A stretch of 59,362 nt of DNA from an uncultured Thermoplasmatales archaeon (GCA_964410735.1 CAYPIF010000025.1:1-59362), one strand, 5' to 3'; shown: positions 31,973 to 42,875, counted from the first letter of the stretch. Notes: generated by a model from the sequence alone, not told the origin. Numbers and translations are program-made.

Positions 31973-32716
31973 CTACGATAGGAATATCATCGTAAGTATG
32001 CCCAGGATGATCGGTTGATGGAGAAGATATATCACTAGTGAATGCTGTCCAATATAGCGTATACTGTTCAACACAGAAGGGGAATCCCCCTTTTTTATGA
32101 TAAACTTTCTTTCCTCATAAGGATACAGCATGTCGCCAATATAAACACCAATGAGTACGACACCAAACCAGGGAAGTAAAGGGAAATAATCAAGTGTGTA
32201 AAATCCAAAGGGACGTAGTCCCATCCAAAGTAACCAAGGAACGGAGATCTGTACACTGGATATAAGTATACCTCCTAAGATGATCATGCTTCCCACCACT
32301 AAAGAAATATTTGGTCTCTGTATAAAAGGATAAGCGAGAATAACAGATAGACCGATACAATGAAGCACCCCAAACATAATGAAACCCCGATGTGGATAAA
32401 TATACGTAACTACAGTTATTAGTAACCCATATAATAGGATACGAACACCTTGTTTGAGGAAAGGAAGAAACTGCTTCGAAATTTCCCCGGTTCTTTTGTC
32501 CATCTTTGATTTTTTTATGGTAAGTGAAACTCCTACAAGAACCAAAAAAAGAGTACCAATAGGATACAAAAACAAAAGAAATTGGATTGAATGAATCGGA
32601 AGGAAAAAGATACCTAAAAAGGTGACATCGAAACAGATATGATACAGAATCATCATGATGATAGCGATGCCTCTGAAGAAATCTATCTCCCAATATCTCG
32701 TATCCTTTTTTGACAC
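31973..32716 (-). CDS. DUF1624 / HGSNAT-like membrane acyltransferase
   Basis: EIDFFRGIAIIMMILYH, FGVLHCIG, DYFPLLPW, SLVIYLLHQP. Confidence 0.88.
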   Translation of the reverse strand: MSKKDTRYWEIDFFRGIAIIMMILYHICFDVTFLGIFFLPIHSIQFLLFLYPIGTLFLVLVGVSLTIKKSKMDKRTGEISKQFLPFLKQGVRILLYGLLITVVTYIYPHRGFIMFGVLHCIGLSVILAYPFIQRPNISLVVGSMIILGGILISSVQISVPWLLWMGLRPFGFYTLDYFPLLPWFGVVLIGVYIGDMLYPYEERKFIIKKGDSPSVLNSIRYIGQHSLVIYLLHQPIILGILTMIFLS

Positions 32717-32764
32717 AATTCATAGAATACCTGCGATGTATAAGTAAGTGTTTAAAAACAAGAG

Positions 32765-32839
32765 TAGCGGGGAGTGGATTCGAACCACTGGTCTACGGGT
32801 TATGGGCCCGTCGGGATCTCCTGGCTACCCCACCCCGCT
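32765..32839 (-). tRNA. Initiator tRNA-Met (CAT)
   Basis: A1-U72 acceptor AGCGGGG/CCCCGCT-A, three G-C pairs at the base of the anticodon stem, loop CCCATAA. Confidence 0.95.
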
Positions 32840-32946
32840 CTAAGAATTAATGGATAAACTCAATGAGGATTAGGGAATAGGACTTCACATACTTAAATGT
32901 ACCACTTAGAGAAAAAAACCGAATTTTTCAGACACTGAACACTGCA

Positions 32947-33894
32947 TTATTCCACGGTAACAATGGGTTCCATCAACGGATATCGATCCACCCGCTCATA
33001 ATGATCTGAGACCTCATACGGCGTATCACCAATCCCATCAGATCCCGAAATATTTTGACCCTCTCCAGAGTAAATATCGATACCTGTGTAATCATCCCAG
33101 TAGTTTCCACCAAGTGGGTATCCTGAATCCCACTCATTTCCGCTTACTTGATCATCACTATTCCAATCAGTATTATTGATAAATGTATTATGAAACACGA
33201 TATTTAATCGTGAACCACAGCAGAAATACATACCTTCCGAGTTATCCTTAAACACATTTCTTGTAACAGTATTATATGTCGAACCTTTTATCCGTAGTGC
33301 ACAGTCATTGTTAATGAAAACATTATCCTCTGTAAATGCATAATTGGATCCTGCATAAAGATACATGCCATATTGTACATTACCATTATAGATATTATTT
33401 CTAAATATATTATAATGTGAATGAGTGGAATAGATACCTATCGAATTACCAGTAAAAATCATATCGTATACAAGGTTATGATCTGATTGAATATCAATAC
33501 CCGCATCATATGCTGAAGCATAATTTTTCCCAGAATTTCGAACTGTGAACCCACTAATGTTCAGCTTACCTGTTTCCTCAACATATATAACATCACCAGT
33601 ATGATTACCATCGATGATTGTTGTCTCCTTAGCCTGTCCTTTTAGAACGATGGATCTATTTATGACAAGATTTTCAATATAGACCCCTGCATACACATAG
33701 ACTGTATAATTGTCAGGAGCATTATCAATTGCAGCCTGGATGGTTCCAAAATCTTTGGTGCCATCACTTTTCACCGAAATCGTATTTGCATCAAGGGGTT
33801 CTTCATCGACGTATGTAACACATCCACTGAAGAGGAGGCTAAATACCACTAAGTTGAATACGAGAAAATGTTTTAGATTGCACATATGATTCAC
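32947..33894 (-). CDS. NosD/pectin-lyase-like beta-helix lipoprotein
   Basis: FSGC lipobox, TIQAAID, G.Y.EN, Asn-rich repeats, GNYWDDY, DGIGDTPY, DRYPL. Confidence 0.88.
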   Translation of the reverse strand: MNHMCNLKHFLVFNLVVFSLLFSGCVTYVDEEPLDANTISVKSDGTKDFGTIQAAIDNAPDNYTVYVYAGVYIENLVINRSIVLKGQAKETTIIDGNHTGDVIYVEETGKLNISGFTVRNSGKNYASAYDAGIDIQSDHNLVYDMIFTGNSIGIYSTHSHYNIFRNNIYNGNVQYGMYLYAGSNYAFTEDNVFINNDCALRIKGSTYNTVTRNVFKDNSEGMYFCCGSRLNIVFHNTFINNTDWNSDDQVSGNEWDSGYPLGGNYWDDYTGIDIYSGEGQNISGSDGIGDTPYEVSDHYERVDRYPLMEPIVTVE

Positions 33895-33947
33895 AAGTGT
33901 TAAGCTTTTTCTAGATATTTATAAATTATCAATAAAATCTGCCGTAT

Positions 33948-36230
33948 TTACCGTATCCAAGCTAAGAAAGATACGATGTCGCTTGCGCTCTCACCGTATC
34001 TACCATGGGCGATAACGGTGAGTAGATGTGACCCCTTCAATGGTATATCCATCTCCCATTGATACGGATACGTTGTATCAGTATAATACGAGGTATCGCC
34101 CACCAAGAACTCAACGGAGTAAACATAACCAGATGGGTTTGAAAGTGCATTTGTTTCAATAATACAGGGCCCTAAAATCAATGGGTGTTGCATGAATGGG
34201 ATGGAAAAAAGCTGATTGTCAAATAAATATATGATACCATCAGACTGAGGTTTTGTCACCTCGACCGATAGTCCGATATTAGTATTTGATGGATCATGTA
34301 TTGCTATCTCAGGGTCACCGAAAAGATTGGTCTCATAATACACCCATCGAATACCATTTTCATCTATCTGCCAGGCATTATCTTCCTTTGAGTAATGGTT
34401 TGCTGGTCCAATTTGCCGTATGTTCTCAGTAAATAATGCTTTGAAAAAAGAGATATCCAATGCAAGGGATGGCGAGTTGAGATTATTCTCACTACCTAAT
34501 CCATATCGGGCGTTCATAATCGCTGCAAAGGCACCTGAGGCTGTTTCTACGGTGAGCCGTTCTGCAATGCAGTCGTATCCAGTTGGATTATCAAAACCTC
34601 CGGCCATACAACCATGGGAGTATAATAGGAAACAATCTGTGTTTGATAATGATTCAACATCTGAATTATGCATTTTTAGATTATAACCGTAATATGAATG
34701 CCCGTCATGGTTGATGATATGAGGCGTGGCATTGTTGATGATTTCAATCATATCTTGTTTGTTCCAATTGTAAGGAAGATCTCTGTCATACAATGTTTCG
34801 ATATAATACTCTGAAGGAATGTATGGTTTCACCAGATCCTTATAGTTACCACCATACGCTGATATCCCAGGGAACCCAAGATATTCCCCAACAAAAAGTA
34901 TCTTTTTCAGGAACGGTGAATCTTCCCCATTTTCGTAAGAGAGTGTTTTTCCAACAAAATATGCAACCTCTAGTTCCGAGTCGACACAGGCCCGTCCAAC
35001 TGATACCTCAGAGAGAAGATCTGCTTCATCGATCATTGTTATATTATTTCTGTCCTTTGATTCCCCAAAGTGTTCATCCATATCATAATTAAAGTTACCA
35101 TCAAGACAGGCATAATAAACATCTGAGGGGATGTCATCCTCTTCCTCAGCAAGGGTCAAACCAGTTGAGATCAAGGGTAGACCGCTTTCATTTGCAAAGA
35201 GCCCTCGTGCAGGTATGATGTTCTGTAAATGATCATTGGTATCACCATCGCCACCGAGTAAAACATATTGAGTGCCTAGTTCCATGTATGCATATCGTAT
35301 GTAGTTTCGTATCCTTGCTTGTACGTCATCGAAGCGTTGGTAGTTCTCAGTGATAGGTTGTTGGTAGAATGGATTTGATGGATTGTTATCACCCCATGTG
35401 CCATTAACAGAGAATGATGGGTCGGCAAGTATTTCTTCGACTGTTACAATCCTTCCAGTTAACCCCTTATCGATTTTTGATTGGAGAAGATATTGGAAGT
35501 TGTCTTCAAGCCCCGAGTTCTTCAGTTGTTCATTTGTTATAATAAGATAGGTTGCTTCTTGAAGAGTACTAGTTTGCGATGTCTCATAGGTCTTTAATAG
35601 TTCTGGATTCTCGATCAGTGTGCTTACTTGCTGTCTATCAGCTTCAAGGTTTCTAACCTTGTTAAAAGTAGTGATTGGTTTTGTTTGTATGCTAATGGTG
35701 ATGCTCGGATGATAAGTGAGTTGTTGCATCTCCTCGTTATAGGTGACTGGGTGAAGTGTGAGAAACAGGATACTATATCCTTTCATTACATATGTGCCCG
35801 TGATAGAATGAAGTTCTTCTGATACTGTGGTCGCTGAAGTTATCCCTATTTGTTCACTTGGTTCTTGTAATGGTATAAGCTGCGCTCCTTTTTGTGGAAG
35901 TATCGACTCATAGATTATACTTGGTTGATCTGTTTCCACTATGATGTTCTCTACAGTATACCCCTGTGGTAGGAGAAATCGCAGTGGTTTTACTGGTAAA
36001 CAAGATTTACCAGCCCCTTGGGTAATCGGAAGGTCACCAATGTTGATTTGATGGACAAGTGATCCATTTTCTTCAGTTGTTTGTATCAGTGGCTCTGAGA
36101 AATGGTACGTTCTAATGATCTCATCAAGAGAAGACTCCTTTGAGGACGTTGAAGAGCCCGCCATTGTGCTTAACGAGGCGGTTATGATCAAAAAGAAAAG
36201 TGGGATTGCAAGAAGGGAATTGTATTTCAT
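33948..36230 (-). CDS. Secreted peptidase C25 (gingipain family) with propeptide and C-terminal Ig-like domain
   Basis: YVLLGGD, PSDVYYACLDG, VGR, NHDGH, HGC, NLFGDP. Confidence 0.92.
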   Translation of the reverse strand: MKYNSLLAIPLFFLIITASLSTMAGSSTSSKESSLDEIIRTYHFSEPLIQTTEENGSLVHQINIGDLPITQGAGKSCLPVKPLRFLLPQGYTVENIIVETDQPSIIYESILPQKGAQLIPLQEPSEQIGITSATTVSEELHSITGTYVMKGYSILFLTLHPVTYNEEMQQLTYHPSITISIQTKPITTFNKVRNLEADRQQVSTLIENPELLKTYETSQTSTLQEATYLIITNEQLKNSGLEDNFQYLLQSKIDKGLTGRIVTVEEILADPSFSVNGTWGDNNPSNPFYQQPITENYQRFDDVQARIRNYIRYAYMELGTQYVLLGGDGDTNDHLQNIIPARGLFANESGLPLISTGLTLAEEEDDIPSDVYYACLDGNFNYDMDEHFGESKDRNNITMIDEADLLSEVSVGRACVDSELEVAYFVGKTLSYENGEDSPFLKKILFVGEYLGFPGISAYGGNYKDLVKPYIPSEYYIETLYDRDLPYNWNKQDMIEIINNATPHIINHDGHSYYGYNLKMHNSDVESLSNTDCFLLYSHGCMAGGFDNPTGYDCIAERLTVETASGAFAAIMNARYGLGSENNLNSPSLALDISFFKALFTENIRQIGPANHYSKEDNAWQIDENGIRWVYYETNLFGDPEIAIHDPSNTNIGLSVEVTKPQSDGIIYLFDNQLFSIPFMQHPLILGPCIIETNALSNPSGYVYSVEFLVGDTSYYTDTTYPYQWEMDIPLKGSHLLTVIAHGRYGESASDIVSFLAWIR

Positions 36231-36327
36231 TTCAATACACCTTGTATCCTACTAATGATTATAATATATAAAATATAAATAAGTATCCAACAAAAATTGG
36301 AACAATAGACAAAAACTATGCTTGAAG

Positions 36328-37404
36328 TCACAATTCATCTTTTAATTTCTCAAGGAGTTTCTTTGCACTTTTATTTAATTTCTGAGGAGTTTGCACATGG
36401 ACCTCCACATAGAGATCTCCAGATGACATGCCTCTCATCGAAGGCATTCCCTTCTTTTTAAGTTTTAAGATATCACCATATTGAGTACCCTCAGGTATTT
36501 TGATTGTTCCAACCTCACCATGTATGGTTTCAACATCGATCTTTCCGCCTAATGCTGCTTCAGGAAATGTTATTTCCTTTATCATGAACAGATCATCTCC
36601 ACGTCGATGGAAAATCCTGTGCTGCATGACATGAACAACAACATAGAGATCACCGGTTCCTCCAGGCCCTGATTCTCCTTCACCATGCAATCGTAGCTGC
36701 GTACCAGTTTCTATCCCTTTTGGGATTGAAACATCAATGGTTTTTCTCACTCGTACTCTTCCGGACCCATTACAGGTTGGACAAGCATGCTCAATGATCT
36801 TTCCTTGTCCATTACATTTTGGGCAAACCCCCACCTGTGTGAAGATCCCGAATGCTGTTCGTCTGGATTGCTTGATTTGCCCCACCCCTTGACATGTTGG
36901 GCAGACCTTCGGTTGTGTCCCGGGTTTTGCACCGGTTCCCTTACAGGTATCACAGGTCTGTGTTCGTGGGAATTGGATCTCTTTTTTTACACCAGTAAAT
37001 GCTTCCTCCAGGGTAATCTCAATATCATAACGAAGATCTGCTCCACGATACCGTCGGTTCGCCTGTGAAAAACCTCTCCCCCCAAAAAACGAACTAAAGA
37101 TGTCTTCAAAATCAAAGCCCATACCACGGAAGATATCACCAAAATTTGCACCACGGAAGATATCCTCTTGACTGAATTGTTGATCTATCCCTGCATGACC
37201 ATATTGATCATACATTTGCCGTTTTTGATCATCTGAAAGAACTGCGTATGCTTCAGAGATCTCCTTGAATTTCTCCTCTGCATCTTTACTTGGATTTTTA
37301 TCAGGATGATATTTCAAAGCGAGTTTTCTGTATGCTTTTTTGATCTGCTGTTTATCCGCAGCTTTTTCAACTCCAAGAGTCTCATAATAATCTTTTTTTG
37401 TCAT
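36328..37404 (-). CDS. dnaJ: Chaperone DnaJ
   Basis: J domain with HPD, G/F-rich region, four CxxCxGxG repeats, GDLYV. Confidence 0.97.
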   Translation of the reverse strand: MTKKDYYETLGVEKAADKQQIKKAYRKLALKYHPDKNPSKDAEEKFKEISEAYAVLSDDQKRQMYDQYGHAGIDQQFSQEDIFRGANFGDIFRGMGFDFEDIFSSFFGGRGFSQANRRYRGADLRYDIEITLEEAFTGVKKEIQFPRTQTCDTCKGTGAKPGTQPKVCPTCQGVGQIKQSRRTAFGIFTQVGVCPKCNGQGKIIEHACPTCNGSGRVRVRKTIDVSIPKGIETGTQLRLHGEGESGPGGTGDLYVVVHVMQHRIFHRRGDDLFMIKEITFPEAALGGKIDVETIHGEVGTIKIPEGTQYGDILKLKKKGMPSMRGMSSGDLYVEVHVQTPQKLNKSAKKLLEKLKDEL

Positions 37405-37606
37405 GGTGCGGCAGAGCCTAATTAATTACTACTATTTTTGTCTTGCGAACACGACACTAACACGATTATACCAATATAAGATAGAGCAACATTACACAAT
37501 GTCATCCCCCATTAGTAGAATTTTCAAATAAGGGAAAAAACAAATCCATACTATACTCTTTAAAAAATATATTCATTTATCTATCTTTGGAGAAGGTAAA
37601 TAGAAC

Positions 37607-38097
37607 ATGTACGAAATCAGACGTCAGGAAAAAGCTATCACCAATACCGATGGAATGAAAAAGATACTACAGCAGACAAAATATATCACTATTGCTATGT
37701 CCAATAACAATGAACCTTATTTGGTCACTCTTTCTCATGGATATGATCTAGAACGTAATATCATCTATTTTCATTGTGCTTCAGAGGGTAAAAAATTGAT
37801 ATTTTGAAGAAGAACAATGTTATAGGGGGTCAAGGATTAATTGACAGAGGATACGTTCATGGGAAGTGCGACCACCTCTATGTAACTGTTATGTTTCATG
37901 GCCATGCATCATGTGTGATTGATGAGTACGAAAAACGTCATGCACTTGAATTTATGATTAGACAATTGGACCGGAATCCAGAACAGGTGATGAAAAAACA
38001 GATTACAAATAGATCATTAAGAAGAGTCAATATCGGTCGAATTGACATCGATTAGGTGAGTGGAAAAATTGCAGATAATGTGATAACTTCAGTTTAA
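37607..38097 (+). pseudogene. Pyridoxamine 5'-phosphate oxidase-like (NimA-like) pseudogene
   Basis: PYLVTLSHGY..IYFHCASEGKK then frameshift near 37800; premature TAG at 38053 before VSGK, frame continues to TAA 38097. Confidence 0.8.
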
Positions 38098-38149
38098 GAC
38101 TCGATTTTCAATACTCCCTCTACATTTGTATTCATTAGAAGAGACGCTT

Positions 38150-38869
38150 TTATAAAATTGATACCATGATTATGGTGAGTATATCTCCAAGGATGAAAGT
38201 TGTTATAAACCCTGCAAGCAGAGGAATCATAAATGGTACCTTTGGTGTCACCCATATTTCTTTAATGCCTGCGTTCTCAAAATCAGCATAGACCTCGTCT
38301 TCATTGATACTAGATGGTCGATATGAGAACTTCCTCTTTCCATCCTTGATCTTTTCAAGCGGCCAAACAAATTTGTTTTTTGCATCAGCTAACGGCATTT
38401 TATACCCAAGAAATGCTTGAGGAAACGTCCGATTTCCTTTTATAAGGTTATAAACGAAAAGTGAAAGTGGGAGGATTAGGAAGAGTACAACTGAGTTTGA
38501 AAAGATCGCCCAGGAGGTTGGCATAAGTGAACTGTATAAAGGAAATTGATAAATCTCCGGGGTAAACGGCACAAGGATCGCTATTGCCATAATGGCTTTT
38601 GCATCAGCGCCACCGAAGATGACACCCAATTGAAAGAGAACATACATCAAAACAATCATAATCGGGATAAAGAGAAGATAGAACATCTGTCCAGAGATAT
38701 CCTCAAGAAGATAATTTGCAACAAGAAATACTGCTCCAAGTCCACCCATGATGATCCAAAGAATGTTTGATGCTCTACGGGTCTTGATATCTGTATAGGA
38801 TGCATATGCAAGAATCAAAATACCGATAATCAGTCGACTAATATCAAGTAATATTAGGTACTCACTCAT
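38150..38869 (-). CDS. Prepilin peptidase (A24, FlaK/PibD-like)
   Basis: ASYTDIKTR, FGGADAK, IWVTPKVPFMIPL. Confidence 0.93.
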   Translation of the reverse strand: MSEYLILLDISRLIIGILILAYASYTDIKTRRASNILWIIMGGLGAVFLVANYLLEDISGQMFYLLFIPIMIVLMYVLFQLGVIFGGADAKAIMAIAILVPFTPEIYQFPLYSSLMPTSWAIFSNSVVLFLILPLSLFVYNLIKGNRTFPQAFLGYKMPLADAKNKFVWPLEKIKDGKRKFSYRPSSINEDEVYADFENAGIKEIWVTPKVPFMIPLLAGFITTFILGDILTIIMVSIL

Positions 38870-39060
38870 CCAATCACAAAGTGTGTATCAAAACACTGCA
38901 TATTAATATAATGTAGAGAACAAGAGAGGCAAGAATAAATAAATAGAAACGTTTATTAAAATCATGTTTGCTTACATATAATATATACTCGAGGATGATT
39001 GGGATGCAACAACACATCTTCTAAATTACATTACGTTGAAAATTGAGGAGAAGATGGGAT

Positions 39061-40029
39061 ATGGATTTATCTATACATAAGAAGAAGAATTTTGACACTA
39101 CAGAAAAAGAAAATGATGATAACTTACACAACATCTACGACAAATTAGACGAAAAATTCGAACATATGAGGCAGACTGAACAACCGGCTACAACTGATAC
39201 GGACGATAAGGTTAACCAGATCGATCACTTCCTGTTCAAAGATGAAAAACCACGGTACGAACAGAAACAAAATGAACCAGAGAACACATTTTCAAATGAT
39301 TCAGATACAACAACTCAAGATGAATATACAGAGTTACCAGAGAACGAGACAAATGAACCATCACCGGCTTACCACGATGACCATGACATGCTTTTTGATG
39401 CGTTTAACCAACATGGTAAACAAGGCAACGAGACGCAGCAGACTCAAAAAAAAGGGTTCCCGCTCCCAAAGATTAAGATCAAAGTCAATAAGAAACCTGT
39501 GCAGACGAAACAACGATCAGAACAAAAAACGAATGAGCCGAAAAAATCATTTTCCCAGTTATTTAAAAAACAAAAGGAAACACAAACAGAACAGATAGCC
39601 ACATATACAGATCCATCTAAACTGTTAAATCAAGAAGAAATACCAACTGAACAGGATATGCAGATGAAACAAAAAGAAAAAAAGAACTGGTTCAAAAGGA
39701 ACAAGGAAACAGCAGCACCAAACCAGGGGCAAATGGTAATTCCCGAACCAGTTGAACAGACCCCCCAGATAGAGCCCAATGAAAACAAAGACCATACTTC
39801 CTCATATACTAGTGACGCTCTAAAAAAACCAGATAACAACAAACCATCTGGTGATGGTCCATTAATTGATGAAAATAGCCGCCCGTTACTAGATGATGAT
39901 GTTCGAAAACTCTTAGCGATAACCGATGAACTACTGGGAAAACTCCCAGAGCATGTCATTGAGGAGTTTGCATCATCTGATGATTTCGCCCTCTATGAGA
40001 AAATTATGAGCAAATATCACATAAAGTGA
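39061..40029 (+). CDS. Low-complexity pilus-locus accessory protein with helical C-terminal domain
   Basis: K/E/Q/T-rich disordered body; C-terminal DDDVRKLLAITDELLGKLPEHVIEEFASSDDFALY; first gene of the pilus operon. Confidence 0.7.
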   Translation: MDLSIHKKKNFDTTEKENDDNLHNIYDKLDEKFEHMRQTEQPATTDTDDKVNQIDHFLFKDEKPRYEQKQNEPENTFSNDSDTTTQDEYTELPENETNEPSPAYHDDHDMLFDAFNQHGKQGNETQQTQKKGFPLPKIKIKVNKKPVQTKQRSEQKTNEPKKSFSQLFKKQKETQTEQIATYTDPSKLLNQEEIPTEQDMQMKQKEKKNWFKRNKETAAPNQGQMVIPEPVEQTPQIEPNENKDHTSSYTSDALKKPDNNKPSGDGPLIDENSRPLLDDDVRKLLAITDELLGKLPEHVIEEFASSDDFALYEKIMSKYHIK

Positions 40030-40035
40030 TGAACG

Positions 40036-42015
40036 ATGGGATTGCTTGAACAAGCGCAAATAAAAAAGAAAGAAACTCAGAGTGCTGAGCAGGAAACAGA
40101 CAATCCTTTTACTGTGAGTGATCGATCAATTGGACCAGTTGGTTCAGGCCTTCTTGCAAAAGCGACGATGAAAAAAACCCAATCTTCCGAGTATGCACCC
40201 CAAGAATCTAGTTCATCAGAGGCGCAATCAGTGATAACAACTGGATCAGGACTCCTAGCAAGAGCATCAATGAAAAAGCGAGAGACAGATAAAAAAGTAC
40301 GGGATCCCTCACAACTTTTAGCATTATTTAATAAACCCCATGAGGTCATCGAGGAGAAAAAAGGATTTGGTTGGAAAGGCATTGGAACCAGACGAGTCAT
40401 CAAAATCAAAGAAACCGGAGAATATCTTTACCAGGTCATAGAACCAACACTAAAGGAGTATGAGAAGGAGAAAAAAAAGGAGCTCACTCATCTATTCAAG
40501 ATGCTCGCTGATATCAATGTCACCGGTAAAAGTGTCAAAGAAAGAAAACAGTATCTTCAACAGACACTTGAACAGATCATTATTGACAATGATATAAAAT
40601 TCTATCCGAAAAAGGAAAAAGAAGAAGAGAAAAAATCATTCAAAGAGCTCTTCAATCTTTCCAATTTGATCCATCATACTCCGAAACAAAAACCCCCTTC
40701 AACAAAAAAACCATTTTTATTCTCATTTATCACAAAAAAGGTCGTTCCAAAAGAGAGAAAAGAAGTAAATGAGGAGCTGGAACGAGCAGCGCAAGAATCC
40801 AAAGATAATATCTTTTATCATCTTTTCCGTGAATTCCTTGGATATGGCGTCATTGACATTGCCATGATGGATGATGGCATTGAGGATATCTCCTGTGATG
40901 GACCGGATGTACCAGTATTCCTCTATCATAAAAAATATGAGGAGATTACAACCAATATCAATTTTGAGAGTTCAGATGAACTTGATTCATTTGTCGTTCG
41001 TCTTGCACAAATCTGTGGCAAGCAGATCTCAATATTTTCCCCGATTGTAGATGGAAAACTCCCAGATGGTTCACGATTACAATCAACACTAGCGAAAACA
41101 GTCACAGTTGGATCAACATTCACCATCCGTCGGTTCAGAGATAACCCATTGACACCAGTTGATCTGATCAAATCTCAATCGTTTTCAATTGATATGGCCG
41201 CTTATTTCTGGATGGCTATTGAGAACGCGTCATCCATCTTATTCTGTGGTGGAACCGCAAGTGGTAAGACAACAGCACTCAACGCGTTATCCTTGTTCAT
41301 TCCCTCATCGCATAAGATCATTTCCATTGAGGATACCCGTGAGGTGAGCTTGCCCCATAAAAACTGGATCGCAGGGACCACACGACAAGGGTTCTCATCC
41401 TCCGAAGCTAATAAAACGGGTAAGGATATTGACATGTTCGATCTTATCCGTGCAGCACTTCGACAACGACCTAAGGTCATCATTGTCGGCGAGGTCAGAG
41501 GAAAAGAAGCTGATAGCTTGTTCCAAGCGATGGCGACAGGCCATACATCCTATGCAACAGTGCATGCAAGCTCTATTCACACCTTGATTCAACGGTTGGA
41601 AAACCCTCCGATATCCCTACCCCGAGCACTTCTTACCTCCCTTGATGTCATCATCTTCCAAAATGCTATTGATATTGGAAAGAAGACCGTTCGTCGTATG
41701 ACCAGTGTCACTGAGGTCATAAAACTCGATCCAGATACCAACCAGCTTATCTTCATGGAACCCTTTAGATGGGTGTCAAAGACAGATGATAGGTTTGAAG
41801 GTGGTGGTGGAAGTAAGATCCTTAACACGATACGTTTACAGAATGATTGGACAGAGGAACAACTGGAAGAAGAACTTGAGAACCGAAAGTTCATCATTCA
41901 ATGGATGATAGATACCGATAAAAGGGATTATCGCGAGGTTGGAAAGATCGTTGCGGAATACGAGAGCCAGCCACAGGAACTCTTGAAAAAGGCAAGGGGG
42001 GAAATGAAAACGTGA
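40036..42015 (+). CDS. Type IV pilus assembly ATPase (VirB11/FlaI-like)
   Basis: IEDISCDG, GGTASGKTT Walker A, SIEDTRE, LRQRP..IIVGEVRG, TGH...TVHA. Confidence 0.95.
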   Translation: MGLLEQAQIKKKETQSAEQETDNPFTVSDRSIGPVGSGLLAKATMKKTQSSEYAPQESSSSEAQSVITTGSGLLARASMKKRETDKKVRDPSQLLALFNKPHEVIEEKKGFGWKGIGTRRVIKIKETGEYLYQVIEPTLKEYEKEKKKELTHLFKMLADINVTGKSVKERKQYLQQTLEQIIIDNDIKFYPKKEKEEEKKSFKELFNLSNLIHHTPKQKPPSTKKPFLFSFITKKVVPKERKEVNEELERAAQESKDNIFYHLFREFLGYGVIDIAMMDDGIEDISCDGPDVPVFLYHKKYEEITTNINFESSDELDSFVVRLAQICGKQISIFSPIVDGKLPDGSRLQSTLAKTVTVGSTFTIRRFRDNPLTPVDLIKSQSFSIDMAAYFWMAIENASSILFCGGTASGKTTALNALSLFIPSSHKIISIEDTREVSLPHKNWIAGTTRQGFSSSEANKTGKDIDMFDLIRAALRQRPKVIIVGEVRGKEADSLFQAMATGHTSYATVHASSIHTLIQRLENPPISLPRALLTSLDVIIFQNAIDIGKKTVRRMTSVTEVIKLDPDTNQLIFMEPFRWVSKTDDRFEGGGGSKILNTIRLQNDWTEEQLEEELENRKFIIQWMIDTDKRDYREVGKIVAEYESQPQELLKKARGEMKT

Positions 42016-42875
42016 AATCGACCACATATAGTCGGTTTTGCCGAAGGCTCTTTGCTCAGATGTTCGAACGGTTCAATATCAGTGAGACCAGTAGGAACCG
42101 GCTTTTGGAGAAAGCAGATATCAGCATGGTCTACCTTGAGTATTACTCCATGGTCCTGATGAATATCATCCTTGGGTTTGCCTTTACCTTTATCTCTTCA
42201 GTACTCTTATATATGCTAATACCTCATCCTATCACTGCACTGTTAATTCTCGCGATTTCATCAATTGTCCCCGTTGGCATTGGCCTGTACTATATCTCTC
42301 TTCCCTCATCCAAGGCTAAAAGCCGAGGAAAGAATATTGACCGGTTTTTGCCGTATGCTACTAATTTTATCAACACAATGTCGGTTGCAGGCATCTCTCC
42401 TTCTGAGATATTTGAGACCCTTTCAACAGTAAAACTCTATGGTGATGTTCAAAAAGAGGCGAAAAAGATCACGACAGAGATATCCATGATGGGTGTCGAT
42501 ACGATCACCGCCGTCCAACATGCAATCCAAATATCACCTTCAGATAAATTCAAGGAATTTTTGCAGGGCATTCTTAGTGTGATACAATCAGGTAGTGAGC
42601 TCGGCCCATATTTCCAACGATGCGTGGAGAAATATATGGAAGCAGATCTTGTGGAACGAAAACGGAACCTTGAATCACTGGCGGTGATGGCAGAAGCGTT
42701 TGTTGTAACTGTTATCGCGTTTCCCTTGTTCCTTGTCATCATTATCTCGGTCATGGGGATGACAAGTGGTGGAATCTCCTTTGAGTTCATGTTCATTCTT
42801 GCTTTTCTTATTCTGCCTATGGCCTATGCAGGCTTCTATGTTATGATGAAATCTGGTATGGGTGAAGCAGTATGA
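42012..42875 (+). CDS. Type II secretion F/TadC-like platform protein
   Basis: IDRFLPYA, AGISP, SPSDKFKEFL..SG, TM helices; GTGA overlap with ATPase. Confidence 0.9.
   Translation: MKSTTYSRFCRRLFAQMFERFNISETSRNRLLEKADISMVYLEYYSMVLMNIILGFAFTFISSVLLYMLIPHPITALLILAISSIVPVGIGLYYISLPSSKAKSRGKNIDRFLPYATNFINTMSVAGISPSEIFETLSTVKLYGDVQKEAKKITTEISMMGVDTITAVQHAIQISPSDKFKEFLQGILSVIQSGSELGPYFQRCVEKYMEADLVERKRNLESLAVMAEAFVVTVIAFPLFLVIIISVMGMTSGGISFEFMFILAFLILPMAYAGFYVMMKSGMGEAV

Noticed and set aside
37419-37505. 28-aa minus-strand ORF with LVSC lipobox-like motif upstream of dnaJ
   Set aside because: Too short, weak RBS and no other support; may be chance
38053-38055. Pyrrolysine or TAG readthrough
   Set aside because: The same gene also has a frameshift, other genes in the window end in TAG, and no pyl genes are present
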